Of a stretch of 64,000 nt of DNA, positions 36,950 to 50,200 are shown piece by piece. Below the pieces are notes generated by a model that worked only from the letters and a program-made list of their open reading frames with translations, searched no databases and was not told where the DNA came from. This stretch comes from Macrostomum lignano. Its lineage: Eukaryota. The position numbers and the translations under genes were made by a program. Within the stretch, counting starts at the first letter, position 1; each line of letters starts with the position of its first letter. Location of the stretch: the NCBI GenBank assembly GCA_002269645.1, contig NIVC01002792.1:62001-126000 (forward strand), in the 5' to 3' direction.

Positions 36950-39645
36950 CTGGCTGATCTACCAGGCAGAGATCTATCTGATTTATCAGGCAGAGATCTA
37001 TCTGATCTACCAGGCAGAGATCTATCTGATCTATCAGTCAGAGATCTATCTGATCTACCAGGCAGAAATCTATCTGATCTATCAGTCAGAGATCTATCTG
37101 ATCTACCAGTCAGAGATCTATCTGATCTATCAGTCAGAGATCTATCTGATCTACCAGGCAGAAATCTATCTGATCAACCAGTCAGAGATCTATCTGATCT
37201 ATCAGTCAGAGATCTATCTGATCTATAAATCAGAGATCTATCTGATCTATCAGTCAGAGATCTATCTGATCTATCAGTCAGGGATCTATCTGATCTACCA
37301 GTCAGGGATCTATCTGATCTATCAGTCAGAGATCTATCTGATCTACCAGTCAGGGATCTATCTGATCTATCAGTCAGAGATCTATCTGATCTATCAGTCA
37401 GAGATCTATCTGATCTATCAGTCAGAGATCTATCTGATCTACCAGGCAGAGATCTATCTGATCTACCAGGCAGAGATCTATCTGATCTACCAGGCAGAGA
37501 TCTATCTGATCTACCAGGTAGAGATCTATCTGATCTATCAGTCAGAGATCTATCTGATCTATCAGTCAGAGATCTATCTGATCTATCAGTCAGAGATCTA
37601 TCTGATCTATCAGTCAGAGATCTATCTGATCTACCAGGCAGAGATCTATCTGATCTACCAGGCAGAGATCTATCTGATCTATCAGTCAGAGATCTATCTG
37701 ATCTACCAGGCAGAGATCTATCTGATCTACCAGGTAGAGATCTATCTGATCTATCAGTCAGAGATCTATCTGATCTACCAGGCAGAAATCTATCTGATCT
37801 ACCAGTCAGAGATCTATCTGATCTATCAGTCAGAGATCTATCTGATCTATAAATCAGAGATCTATCTGATCTATCAGTCAGAGATCTATCTGATCTATCA
37901 GTCAGAGATCTATCTGATCTATCAGTCAGGGATCTATCTGATCTACCAGTCAGGGATCTATCTGATCTATCAGTCAGAGATCTATCTGATCTACCAGTCA
38001 GGGATCTATCTGATCTATCAGTCAGAGATCTATCTGATCTACCAGGCAGAAATCTATCTGATCTACCAGTCAGAGATCTATCTGATCTACCAGTCAGAGA
38101 TCTATCTGATCTATCAGTCAGAGATCTATCTGATCTATCAGTCAGAGATCTATCTGATCTACCAGGCAGAGATCTATCTGATCTACCAGGTAGAGATCTA
38201 TCTGATCTATCAGTCAGAGATCTATCTGATCTACCAGGCAGAGATCTATCTGATCTACCAGGCAGAGATCTATCTGATCTACCAGGTAGAGATCTATCTG
38301 ATCTATCAGTCAGAGATCTATCTGATCTATCAGTCAGAGATCTATCTGATCTACCAGTCAGAGATCTATCTGATCTATCAGTCAGAGATCTATCTGATCT
38401 ACCAGACAGAGATCTATCTGATCTATCAGTCAGAGATCTATCTGATCTATCAGTCAGAGATCTATCTGATCTATCAGTCAGAGATCTATCTGATCTATCA
38501 GTCAGAGATCTATCTGATCTATCAGTCAGAGATCTATCTGATCTATCAGTCAGAGATCTATCTGATCTATCAGTCAGAGATCTATCTGATCTATCAGTCA
38601 GAGATCTATCTGATCTACCAGGCAGAAATCTATCTGATCTACCAGTCAGAGATCTATCTGATCTACCAGTCAGAGATCTATCTGATCTATCAGTCAGAGA
38701 TCTATCTGATCTACCAGGCAGAAATCTATCTGATCTACCAGGTAGAGATCTATCTGATCTATCAGTCAGAGATCTATCTGATCTACCAGGCAGAGATCTA
38801 TCTGATCTACCAGGCAGAGATCTATCTGATCTACCAGGTAGAGATCTATCTGATCTATCAGTCAGAGATCTATCTGATCTATCAGTCAGAGATCTATCTG
38901 ATCTATCAGTCAGAGATCTATCTGATCTATCAGTCAGAGATCTATCTGATCTACCAGGCAGAGATCTATCTGATCTATCAGTCAGAGATCTATCTGATCT
39001 ATCAGTCAGAGATCTATCTGATCTATCAGTCAGAGATCTATCTGATCTATCAGTCAGAGATCTATCTGATCTATCAGTCAGAGATCTATCTGATCTATCA
39101 GTCAGAGATCTATCTGATCTATCAGTCAGAGATCTATCTGATCTATCAGTCAGAGATCTATCTGATCTATCAGTCAGAGATCTATCTGATCTATCAGTCA
39201 GAGATCTATCTGATCTATCAATCAGAGATCTATCTGATCTATCAGTCAGAGATCTATCTGATCTATCAGTCAGAGATCTATCTGATCTATCAGTCAGAGA
39301 TCTATCTGATCTACCAGGCAGAGATCTATCTGATCTACCAGGTAGAGATCTATCTGATCTACCAGGCAGAGATCTATCTGATCTATCAGTCAGAGATCTA
39401 TCTGATCTACCAGTCAGAGATCTATCTGATCTACCAGACAGAGATCTATCTGATCTATCAGTCAGAGATCTATCTGATCTACCAGGCAGAGATCTATCTG
39501 ATCTACCAGGTAGAGATCTATCTGATCTATCAGTCAGAGATCTATCTGATCTACCAGGCAGAGATCTATCTGATCTACCAGGCAGAGATCTATCTGATCT
39601 ATCAGTCAGAGATCTATATGATCTACCAGTCAGAGATCTATCTGA
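36950..39645. repeat. 24-bp satellite GTCAGAGATCTATCTGATCTATCA, about 110 copies
   Basis: 2.7-kb homogeneous array with two alternating unit variants. Confidence 0.98.
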
Positions 39646-40189
39646 TATCCAGCGCTAATCCGGGAGCTGACAATTTGTCAATAGGAATCCACCAATATGC
39701 TGTCAGTAGCCATGCATGCAATCAGGATGTCCCGCCGCTCACAGCCGGACCCGCACTATCACTGGAATCCGATTTTCATTGCTCTGCTCTGTTTGCAATC
39801 GCGGCAGCGACATTGTATGTTTTAAATGTGTAATTTTGTAGAAATTTTTTATCGATTACCAACGAATCAAGTTGGATGAGTTTTTTTAGCCAGATGAGAG
39901 TGATTTTATCAATTAAATATATTTAATCTATCCGCGATCAAAGACGCTGTGTTCAGTTGATTTATTGCTGTCGTTTCTGCGCTTCAACTATAAATTCTGC
40001 TGCGGCTTCAGCTGGCGGCGATTTCCTTCAATTGTTTTTTTTCTTGGTTCATTGCGTAGGCCTCACTGCCTACTACCTTAGTAAATTGTGTGCCTGTTAG
40101 TAGTAGTAGAAGACCATTATTTAATGAAATAAATAGTTTATGAAATGCTTTAAAATTGTTTATTAATTTAGACTCAGTTGTCAGTCTGA

Positions 40190-40520
40190 GTCTAAAAACA
40201 CCGGTGAACGAGTCTTCATACCAGGAATCTACAAACACCGGTGAATGAGCCTTCATAACGAGAAGCAAAAACACCGCTGAATGAGTGTCTTCATACTAGG
40301 AATCAAAAAACACCGGTGAATGAGTCTTCATATCGAGAAGCAAAAACACTGGTGAATGAGTCTTCATACCGGGAATGGGAATCTAAAAACACCGGTGAAT
40401 GAGTCTTTATACCGAGAAACAAAAGCACTTGGGAATGAGTCAAGGACCACTGTACAACGGTAACTTCTAGTGGTCCTTGGAATGAGTTTTCATACCGGGA
40501 ATATAAAACACCCGTGAATG
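40190..40520. repeat. Degenerate tandem repeat with core AAAACACCGGTGAATGAGTCTTCATAC
   Basis: About 8 copies with variable spacers of similar sequence. Confidence 0.8.
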
Positions 40521-40785
40521 AGTCTTCATACTGGGAATCCGTAATTCGCTCCGGTGAATTAAGGGTATCGCGATACGAGCCCTCTACGATAGGAGTGGTG
40601 CTTCTGAGCAAAAAGGCAGGTATCTCAGGCTCATGTACGCTCACTGATGCAGCGCACAAGTTTGCTTCACCACAGCCGCCCCCATGCAATCTCGTGACTT
40701 CACAGGCAACTGGGAAGCAGAGATCTCATTTCCTGCGAAGCTGGCAGGGACCACTGTGAGGTGCGGCAGCCCCGTTGCCGAACTC

Positions 40786-40800
40786 CATCAGCCAATCAGG
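40786..40800 (+). promoter_or_regulatory. Possible CCAAT box upstream of the G-alpha gene
   Basis: CAGCCAATCAGG followed by CCGCCC in GC-rich sequence about 240 bp before the ATG; motif match only. Confidence 0.3.
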
Positions 40801-41031
40801 CCGCCCGGTCTCTGCGTATCTGCGAGCCCCGCGCCCGGCTGCCTCTCCCTCCAGTGCCGCATCGCAATTCCGCGCAGATAAGCGGCTGGGCGGCCTGCTT
40901 TAGAGCGCCGGGTCCCCATCTGCCTAAGCAATTCGTCCGCCCACCTGCACCCCAAGATTTGGCCGCCAACCCCCGCCCTGATTACTTGAGCCTGATCATC
41001 GATTGTGCAGCCAGTCGTCTTGCCAGTCAGC

Positions 41032-41170
41032 ATGTCCACCGCCTGCTGCCCAGCTGCCGACACTGAGGCTGCGGCCGCTGCCCGCATCAACAAGGAGATC
41101 GAGAAGCAGGTCAGAGCCGACTTCAAGCTGAGCCAGAAGGTCATTCAGCTGCTGCTGCTGGGTGAGCGGC

Positions 41171-41219
<49 letters not shown>

Positions 41220-44200
41220 CGTTTTTGTTTGCTCTTTACTTGCTATCTGCAGCATCCGCAGGTTTATTTGCAGCCACAATGGCCTCACAATGTGGCGTTA
41301 TGCACAGGGACTCCCACGAGGCAGTTCTGATCGTCCCGAGTGTCCCAATTAGCAGTCCGCCTGTCCCTGTTCTCTCCAGTGTATTCTCTGAAGAGAATTT
41401 GATGCGGCCTCAGGCTTCCATGATTCTGGGAATAACAAAGAGTTGTGCTTTGTGTTCGATGCACACTAATTTTCAGGAGAGCTGATGAGGCCTAATGTTG
41501 CTTGTGTCCCGTGTTTCTGCCCTGGATTCTGTTTGCTTTGAGATGCAGAGAGTAGTAACTGAGGATCTGGGAGGCTGGAACTGGAAGTCCCCGGCAGGCA
41601 CGGTAATGATAGGGCAGAGTTTCACCGAGGATCCACTTCGTACAGAGTGGCTGCTACTCGCAGTAGTACTTTGTCTTTGGTTGCCGCCAAATGAAGCTCC
41701 ATCCCGGAACTCGCATTAGCAGTCACCAGTCTCCAGGCAGCCCAGCTGGCCATCTGACAATAATCAGAGAATTCAGGCACTAAACACCCGCAGGTCATTT
41801 CATTTCGTATTTCTGTTTTTTTGGTGGGGTTGAAAAAATATGAAAGGCCCCGGCTGTGCCGGAGTCTGGGGCGGCTTGTCAAGTTAATCAGCTGCATCTG
41901 CCAGCCAGGCCTGAGCTGATTCCCCCCCCCAATCCGGCCAAATCCCAATTGGGAAAATCGGGCGCATGGAGAGGCCGGGGCTATCGTCTCCACTGATCCG
42001 GTGGCCGCGTCACCTCGGCTCTCGCGTCTCCCCTGTCCCCCTTGCCCGCCGCCTTCATCATCACCGGTCTCGGCCTGAGCTGCTGCCGCTGCTCGCCATC
42101 ACGAGAAATTGAGAACCCCAAAAATGGCGGCATTCGTCTCGTTTAGCCATGCAGCCAAAAAGCGGCTGGGGCGACGGTTCGGAGTGGGGCAGCGAGACTG
42201 GAGCTTGGCCTTTTGAATTGACAGCATAGATGACTGTCGTGAGCGTGCTTGAATTTTCTCTGAATATGAGCTTTTTGTATGTTTTTTCTTGTTGCTCTTT
42301 TAGCCCCAAGCAATGGTATTGTACTTTATTCTTAGTGCATTTCATTTAGATTACTTTTGTGTGGCGTTTTTGAGACTGGCTTGGGGTTCCCGCAGTTTAT
42401 AACCCTGGGTAATTGTTAGTGGCTGGGGTTGGCGCAGTTCTTAACCCTGGGTTATTGTTAGTGGCTGGGGTTGGCGCAGTTTATAACCCTGGGTTATTGT
42501 TAGTGGCTGGGGTTGGCGCAGTTTATAACCCTGGGTTGTTGTTAGTGGCTGGGGTTGGCGCAGTTTATAACCCTGGGTTATTGTTAGTGGCTGGGGTTGG
42601 CGCAGTTTATAACCCTGGGTTAGTGCCCTTAGTGGCTGGGGTTGGCGCAGTTCCGTGGGTTATTGTTAGTGGCTGGGGTTGGCGCAGTTTATAACCCTGG
42701 GTTATTGTTAGTGGCTGGGGTTGGCGCAGTTTATAACCCTGGGTTAGTGCCCTTAGTGGCTGGGGTTGGCGCAGTTCCGTGGGTTATTGTTAGTGGCTGG
42801 GGTTGGCGCAGTTTATAACCCTGGGTTATTGTTAGTGGCTGGGGTTGGCGCAGTTTATAACCCTGGGTTAGTGCCCTTAGTGGCTGGGGTTGGCGCAGTT
42901 CCGTGGGTTATTGTTAGTGGCTGGGGTTGGCGCAGTTTATAACCCTGGGTTATTGTTAGTGGCTGGGTTGGCGCAGTTTATAACCCTGGGTTAGTGCCCT
43001 TAGTGGCTGGGGTTGGCGCAGTTCCGTGGGTTATTGTTAGTGGCTGGGTTTGGCGCAGTTTATAACCCTGGTTAATTGTTAGTGGCTGGGGTTGGCGCAG
43101 TTTATAACCCTGGGTTAGTGCCCTTAGTGGCTGGGGGTTGGCGCAGTTTATCACCCGGAGGATTGAGACTGGTTTGCTGGGGGTTGGTGTTGTTTGTCAC
43201 CGTGTTTTTACGAGCTCGTAACAGTTCTTTTTAAAGGAATTTTGATGTTCGTTTAGAATGACAAATTTCATCTAAAGTATTACAGAACCAAGCTGTACGT
43301 TTTATTCATCTAAACTGCTTGTCGCGACTTTCTTAAGTCATTTCTTTAGTTTACCTTCACTCTGTTTACTCTGTTTTCTCTCTATCTCTCTGTCCAGCTC
43401 CACTTTGTTATTCTTATCTCTCTCCCTTGCTGCCTTCTGATTGGCTCTCCATTCTCGCCTCTCTTTAGTCGCGCACTCCACCCCTCTTTTTATTCTGGGC
43501 TCAACCACCCTCCTTAAGTTGGTTTATAAATACACTGGTTTAGGCCCTGCGCCCACTTTCTGCCCACAATAACAGTTTATTATCTAATTGTTCAGTTCAA
43601 CCATAAGGCCTCTCCTTGGGCCAATGTACAGTGTAGAATTTACATTCACAATAAAGTTAAGGAGTTTTATGACAATCGCGCGGCGGGCTCGCAATTTAAT
43701 TGCGGTGTTGACTGAATTTGTCGTTTACCAACCAGTCTGATAGACGATCGATGAAAGAGAGCGGGGGTATAAAGCTGGTCTGAAACGGCTAAAATGCGGT
43801 GTGCGAAGCGTTTTTTCATCAACCCCCTAATCTGCTCTGATCTTGTTTGTGTTATTTTACAACACAGAGGATGGCGCAGTTGCAGATGGGGGCTGTATGT
43901 TATGCGCCCAATTAATTCATATTTATTTGGAAAATTGGTATATGCTCGTAAAACTCCACAATTGGAAGTGGGTCAAATTCGAAAAACAATGTTTTTAATG
44001 CTTGAAATCAGTTTTCGAATTTTTAATTTGAATTTGAACGCACCCCATGGGGCTTAAGAGAGCTTATATAAAACTTCAAACGATGAAAAATTCGATTTGA
44101 AACTGGGTCAAACATTCGAAGAACTACACTCGGCAACATCGAAAAGTCGCCATCACAGAAGATTCCTTTTTGAGAGGGCGGCAGGTAAAGTCTCTCAATC

Positions 44201-47200
44201 TTTGCGAGAGACGCAACTTACTGGTAGCTACGCCGCGGCAGACTTGAGTTGAGGAATGAAGTGGGGGGGAGCGGTGTGCGAGGGTTGGACGGATTAAAGC
44301 TACCCCGATCAGTTTTCTTGTATCTTTTATTTCAGAATAGTCCAAAGAGGAATTGCTCACTGGCGCATAGAGTGGCGACTTTTCAACGTTGCTGAGTATG
44401 TTTTTTATTGCTTTTAATGTTTGAATTTTGAATTTGAATGCCTCCGTGGGGGCTTATTGCGCCAATGCGCTGGTATTCTCTAATTTTATTTAGTCTTATT
44501 ATTTTCACGACAAGCCTTTGAAAATTTGCGCAGTATTTTGACTGTTTCGAACTTTATTCGAACTTACGCTCCTTATATGTCAGTGCAATTGTTTTACTGT
44601 TTTCCTATGCAGCGACAGAGAACATATGATTCATAATTCTCTGCATTGCAGGCACGGGAGAGTCGGGCAAGTCGACTGTCCGCAAGCAGATGCAGATCAT
44701 TCACATCAACGGTTTCAGCAACAAGTGGGTCGCAGACTGCAAATCAGTGTTGTTTCTTGCTTGTAAAATATTTAATGTTTCGACATAATTTAAGCAAAAA
44801 TATAACTTTGCAGAGAGCGCCTGGAGCTGCTGCCCTACATGCGAAGAAATATCCGGGATTCCATAGCGGTGAGAATGTTCACCTTGCGGCCTGTGTGTAC
44901 TGGCAGAAGTTGATTGGCTGAAGCCGCCAGCCAATGGGAATAGCTGGGTGGAACGCGGAGTGAGGTAGGCGCGACCCCTACCCGTCAGTGAGCGCCGATT
45001 GGTTGGTTGGTGGCTGGGTTTTTTCTAAGATTGGAAATCCAGTTGCCAGCTGGCCCTTGGGGCTCAAAATCCAGTGCAAGTTGCCAATGCCTATTTTTGG
45101 TTGCCCATTGGAGGATGGATGGATATCGAGGATGGATATTTCCAGGGCTACGTTTGAAAAGCAGAAATTTGTTCCCTTAACTCTAAGATTGCTATCTATG
45201 CTGCAAATAATAACAAACTAACAATTCCATCATATGATCATATCAATTTATATGGCACTTTTATTACACTTACAAAATCATTTTTTGAAATCGGCAACTG
45301 GTACAGGGAAAATGTAGTTGCCAGATTGGCCTCTGATACCTAAAATCCAGTTGCCAATGAAATTTTCAAGGGGCCAAAAAACTCCGTATGGCCCAAAAAA
45401 CCCAGTTTGGTGGTCTGTTAGGAGATGCAGCCAATGGGAAGCGAGCCACGAAGATTTACGAGTAGGCTGGCCCCTCGACACGCACAGGCCTACCGGTGTA
45501 AATCTCACTTCTCATCATATGAACTCCCAATATGAATCCGATCTTATGTATTTTGTTTGTCAATTAAAATCTTCAAGAACATACTACTGGTGACCGGAAG
45601 CAGCCGAGAATACTGTGCCCTTAAACAGACACGAAAAAGTTATTCTTTTGCCGGAAAACTTAAAAATATATTCTTCCCAAAATATCTACAGAAGCACGTA
45701 ACTTAAGACAATAGCCAATTTTATGTAAGAAGCTGAACATATTTATCTCAGTAGTGCAACTTGATACAAAATGGCAGAGTTTGGAAGAGGAAATTGGAAG
45801 AGTTTTGCTGTCCGCCTGTCAACTTCAGTGCGATTGCCCATAATGCAATAATTTAATTAGTATAATGCGAGTTCTCCACACAGGGCCTGACAGACGACAC
45901 GCAGGCACTGCAGCACTTCTGCATCCTGATTGATCACCCAGCAGCAGCAGCAGCAGGGGGAATTTCAATGAAAAAAATAGAAATCATTCGTTTTATCTTT
46001 GTTACTTAGCTACTAATAGAAAAGTGTATTTCTTTTTTCTAATATAACGTGCAGAAAGTAAAGATACGAAATTAAGAAAATGATTCAAGCATTATGTGAA
46101 GTGGATAAAAAAGCTTACTTTTTAGTCAATTTTTGCTGGACTAGGTAAACTTGCAGAAACAGATTACACGCTTTTTGCTTGCAAACATCAAACAAAATTT
46201 TATATTCACTGCCACACTGCATGGACATTCCTTTCATTCCTTAGGAGAAACTGGGTGTTGCTATTAATTTCTTCGAAGCTCATGGTCACTTGCTCTACTT
46301 ACAGTAAAGTGACGCGGTGAAGCCGTTTTTGGTAGGTTCAGTTTAGCTCGTACGGATGAAATATCTTAAAGTACATCCGGGATGTGCTGTTGATTCAAAC
46401 GACGGAGCTTCACTCCAACCACCAGCCTTTTGGATTAACAAGGAGGGATGGCGCGTGGTCAGGAACTGCTGGGGTTTGACAGATTGCTCTGCAAATTTTC
46501 GAATTTTAACAATTTTATGTTTACAATTTACATATGCTCGTGTTTAGAGGCAACTAGGCAAGGGTTGAAAGTCTAAAAACGTTTAAAGGAAAAATTATCA
46601 TTAAGTCTGTTTATATCTAGTAGTCACCCTGTCGACAGTTGATTGGCGCTCTTCTCCTGACACACCAGTCGCCTGTCACATCAGTTCCCTGTCACACTAG
46701 TCCCCTGTCACACCAGTCCTCTGTCACATCAGTCCCCTGTCACATCAGTCCCCTGTCACATCAGTCCCCTGTCACACCAGTCGCCTGTCACATCACATCA
46801 GTCCCCTGTCACACTAGTCCCCTGTCACATCAGTCCCCTGTCACACTAGTCCCCTGTCACATCAGTTCCCTGTCACACCAGTCCTCTGTCACATCAGTCC
46901 CCTGTCACATCAGTCCCCTGTCACACCAGTCCTCTGTCACATCAGTCCCCTGGCACCCCAGTCCCCTGGCACACCAGTTCCCTGTCACACCAGTCCTCTG
47001 TCACATCAGTCCCCTGTCACATCAGTCCCCTGTCACACCAGTCCTCTGTCACATCAGTCCCCTGGCACCCCAGTCCCCTGGCACCCCAGTCCCTGATACA
47101 CCAATCCCCCGTCACACCAATCCTCTGTCACACCAGTCCCTTCTCACTCCAGTCCACTGTCACTCGAGTCCCCTGTCACTCCAGTCCCCTGTCACACCGG

Positions 47201-50200
47201 TCCCTGTCCCTCCAGTCGCCTGCCACACGAGTCCCTGTCACACCAGTCCCCTGTCACACGGCAAGTCCAGCCCACTATCAAGCCACCAGCTCGTCCTCAG
47301 CTTGCTCAGATTTCACCTCAGCTGTCATGGCGATTCCCGCCTCCCGATCAATAATATCCTTGTCGCTGGGGTCGCCAGACTTGGCCCAAGACGCCACCGC
47401 GCCCATCACCAGGTGGTAAGCCAGCTCCAGCAGCTCGCACAGGGTCAGCAGGCTGCAGCCGATGTACAGGCCGAGGGTTCCGCCCATGTCAGCCAGGAAG
47501 GCCACCCATGAGTAGGAGTAGGCCATGGTGATCTTCGGCGACATGGGACTCTTCACCGAGAGCATGACTTGGATCATGGACTGAGAGACGTAGTGGCGAA
47601 AGAACGACTCAGTGTGAGCGGAATGGTTTCCTGCAGTGTTGGGAGTGCAGTAGAATCTCTACATGTCAGGCCTGCTATCTCTGGTTAATCAGTTTGGCAA
47701 GAATAAATTCCTCTAGCACTAGGTGCAGATCTGGGGCAGCTCACCCGATGAGAAGTTCTTAGCCAGTTCGATCAGCCGAGCAGTTCCAGGGCAACATTTT
47801 TTAAACGACGCGATGTAGGAACCGAAAAACTTCAGTATAAATCTTGCCAATCCCTTACTCGATCTCGGCCATTTCATTGAAGTGGTCTGGACGGTGTACT
47901 TCTTGTACTCGCAAGGCTGGTGCTTCGTGCAGTGGTCGATCACCTGTTGAGTGTGCTTGTCAATGAAATCTTTCATCTTCTCTTCAATTGACGTTTTCGC
48001 ACTTGATATGTTGCTCATGGCGATCTCCGTCATGTTTTCAATCATGGGCACATCCTTCCATTTCCAGGGCTTTGGGTACTGGGAGACGAGAACCTTGAAC
48101 CGGTTTTCCAACAGGGTGCTCATGTGGATGAAGAAGCAGGCGCCTCGGCTGTTCTTGTACTCCTTCTGTGCACCGGTCAGCTGGTCCTGGAACTCCGGCT
48201 TGGCTTGGCTCGGGTTACAGTACGTTCCGTGCAGCTCTGAGCTGAACTCTTTGTCTTCCATTTCGAGTGAGATCTCGTACTGCCTGCCTGCAGCCAGGCT
48301 CACTTTGGTCTCGTGCAGCGGTGAAGGATACGCGCCTCTGGGCACCACCTGCAGATTGTAGCCCAGGCTGGACAGGCCGTAATACCCGTCTGTTGTCTGC
48401 CAGTCCTCGAACGGCACGCTCTCGTTGTTGAACGGGTTGGTAATCGGATTGATGGCCGCGCCCCCATAGTTGAAATCGGAATTGTGAGGGTCTACGAACG
48501 GCCAGGCAAGCACGTTGGACCGCCTGTAGTTGAGATTATCGTATTCCTCTTCCGGCAAGTTCACCTTGAAACAAACTTCGTTGTTCGGGTGGAGAAATGT
48601 CGTTATACCAGTTTGGAACTTGCTCTGAGACAGCGACGAGTGCATCACGGCAGGAGGAATTAGAAACGCCTGCAGCCTACTCTGCAGTAAGTACTTCTGA
48701 AGAATGTGCACAGGCATCGACATCTGTATCTTCGACACCCTTGGAAGTGTTTCGTGAGGCCCAGTACACAATTTGGAGTCATTTTCGCAGTAGAGCCTGT
48801 CATAGAGCCGGTTCAGCCTCTCAACCTCATCATTTACGATCTTGGCCTCATTCTCCTGCAGCGTGTAGGGAATGCTGCCTGAGTAGATCAGACTCGGACA
48901 CAGGTAGAGGTCCGGGAACTCGAATGGAACCTTCTCTGCCTCATAAGTCTGGTCGATGGTGATGTTGATGAGCTTCTCAATGAGACTCCAGGAGCTCCTG
49001 CAGCAGAGAACCAGAAACACAAGGAACAGGACGGTCCACATGATCTTAAGTGCGATCGACCGGGCGCCAACAGCTCTGCCGATTCCGTGAGCACTGCTTT
49101 CAGCGATGGCCGCCGCTACGATACTCCTTGTTGACATGGTTGAAAAAAGCTGGAGTGAATTTTTTGTTAAACTTTGGGAAACTGGAATATTGGGAACAGG
49201 AAAAATACTGCCTTCTATTTATCAGTGCGCTTTTGAAGCCAGCTCAGCAGCTTCCTTTCTGCCCCAACCTTCCCAACCTCATTCATTGGTCAGCGCTGCG
49301 TACTTTTTTACATTAGTCTGGGAGTAGCGCTTCGGCATCAGTTTCCAGTTCTGTTTACGGCAGCGCCTGTTGTAGGTCGCTGTCTGTACTTTTAGCAGTG
49401 CGTTTCGCTCCGTTGACGGGGCTAAGCTGCAGTAGTCGGGTGCTTTTCCAACAGACTGGGAATATTTCCTATCATTCAGCGGAGTCAGGAATGTTGGCTA
49501 GCGCAGCTGGGAATGCTGTTATCACATCCGGTCAAGCCCCGCCCGCCAAAATGCCCGCAGTGCATTGTTGCCGGCATGCAGAAGCTCGCGCTGGACTTCG
49601 ACACGCCTGACAATCAACGCCTGGGCCGGTGGCTGCTGGAGCTGATGTCGGAGAATCAGACCAGCAACAGCCTGCCGGCCGACCGGGACCCGTTCGACTA
49701 CTCGCTTGAGTTCTTCGCCGCCGTGGAGACGCTCTGGCGCGACTCGGGCGTCCAGCTGAGCTACCAGAACTCGAGCAGCTACCAGCTGATTGACTGCGCA
49801 AAATAGTGAGTAGCCGGCGGGCGACAGTGCTGAGTCAAAACTGGCCTGTGACCTCCGTGAATTCCACCTAAAGACAGTTTCCAGGGTTTGCGGCTCCATC
49901 CATGACTAGTACTTCTGCGATACATTTCTGATTGTGAGATGTTAGACGCTGACTTGAATCAAATCATTGGCTCTCCTGTCCCCTGTCCACCTCGACTCCG
50001 AGCGCAGTTTCCTAGACAGGGTGCGCCAGTTCAGCGACCCGGGCTACACGCCCAGCGATCAGGACATCCTGCGTTGTCGCGTGATGACCAGCGACATCTC
50101 CGACATCAATTTCGACATTAAAGACGGCGGGCACACGGTTAAGTTTCGGTGAGTGATTTGGCACTCGTTTTGAAATTCTCCAAGCTTGCGACAGTGAAAC

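Noticed and set aside
40190-40520. Repeat with variable spacers resembling a CRISPR array
   Set aside because: The spacers are related to each other and irregular in length, which fits a degenerate minisatellite.
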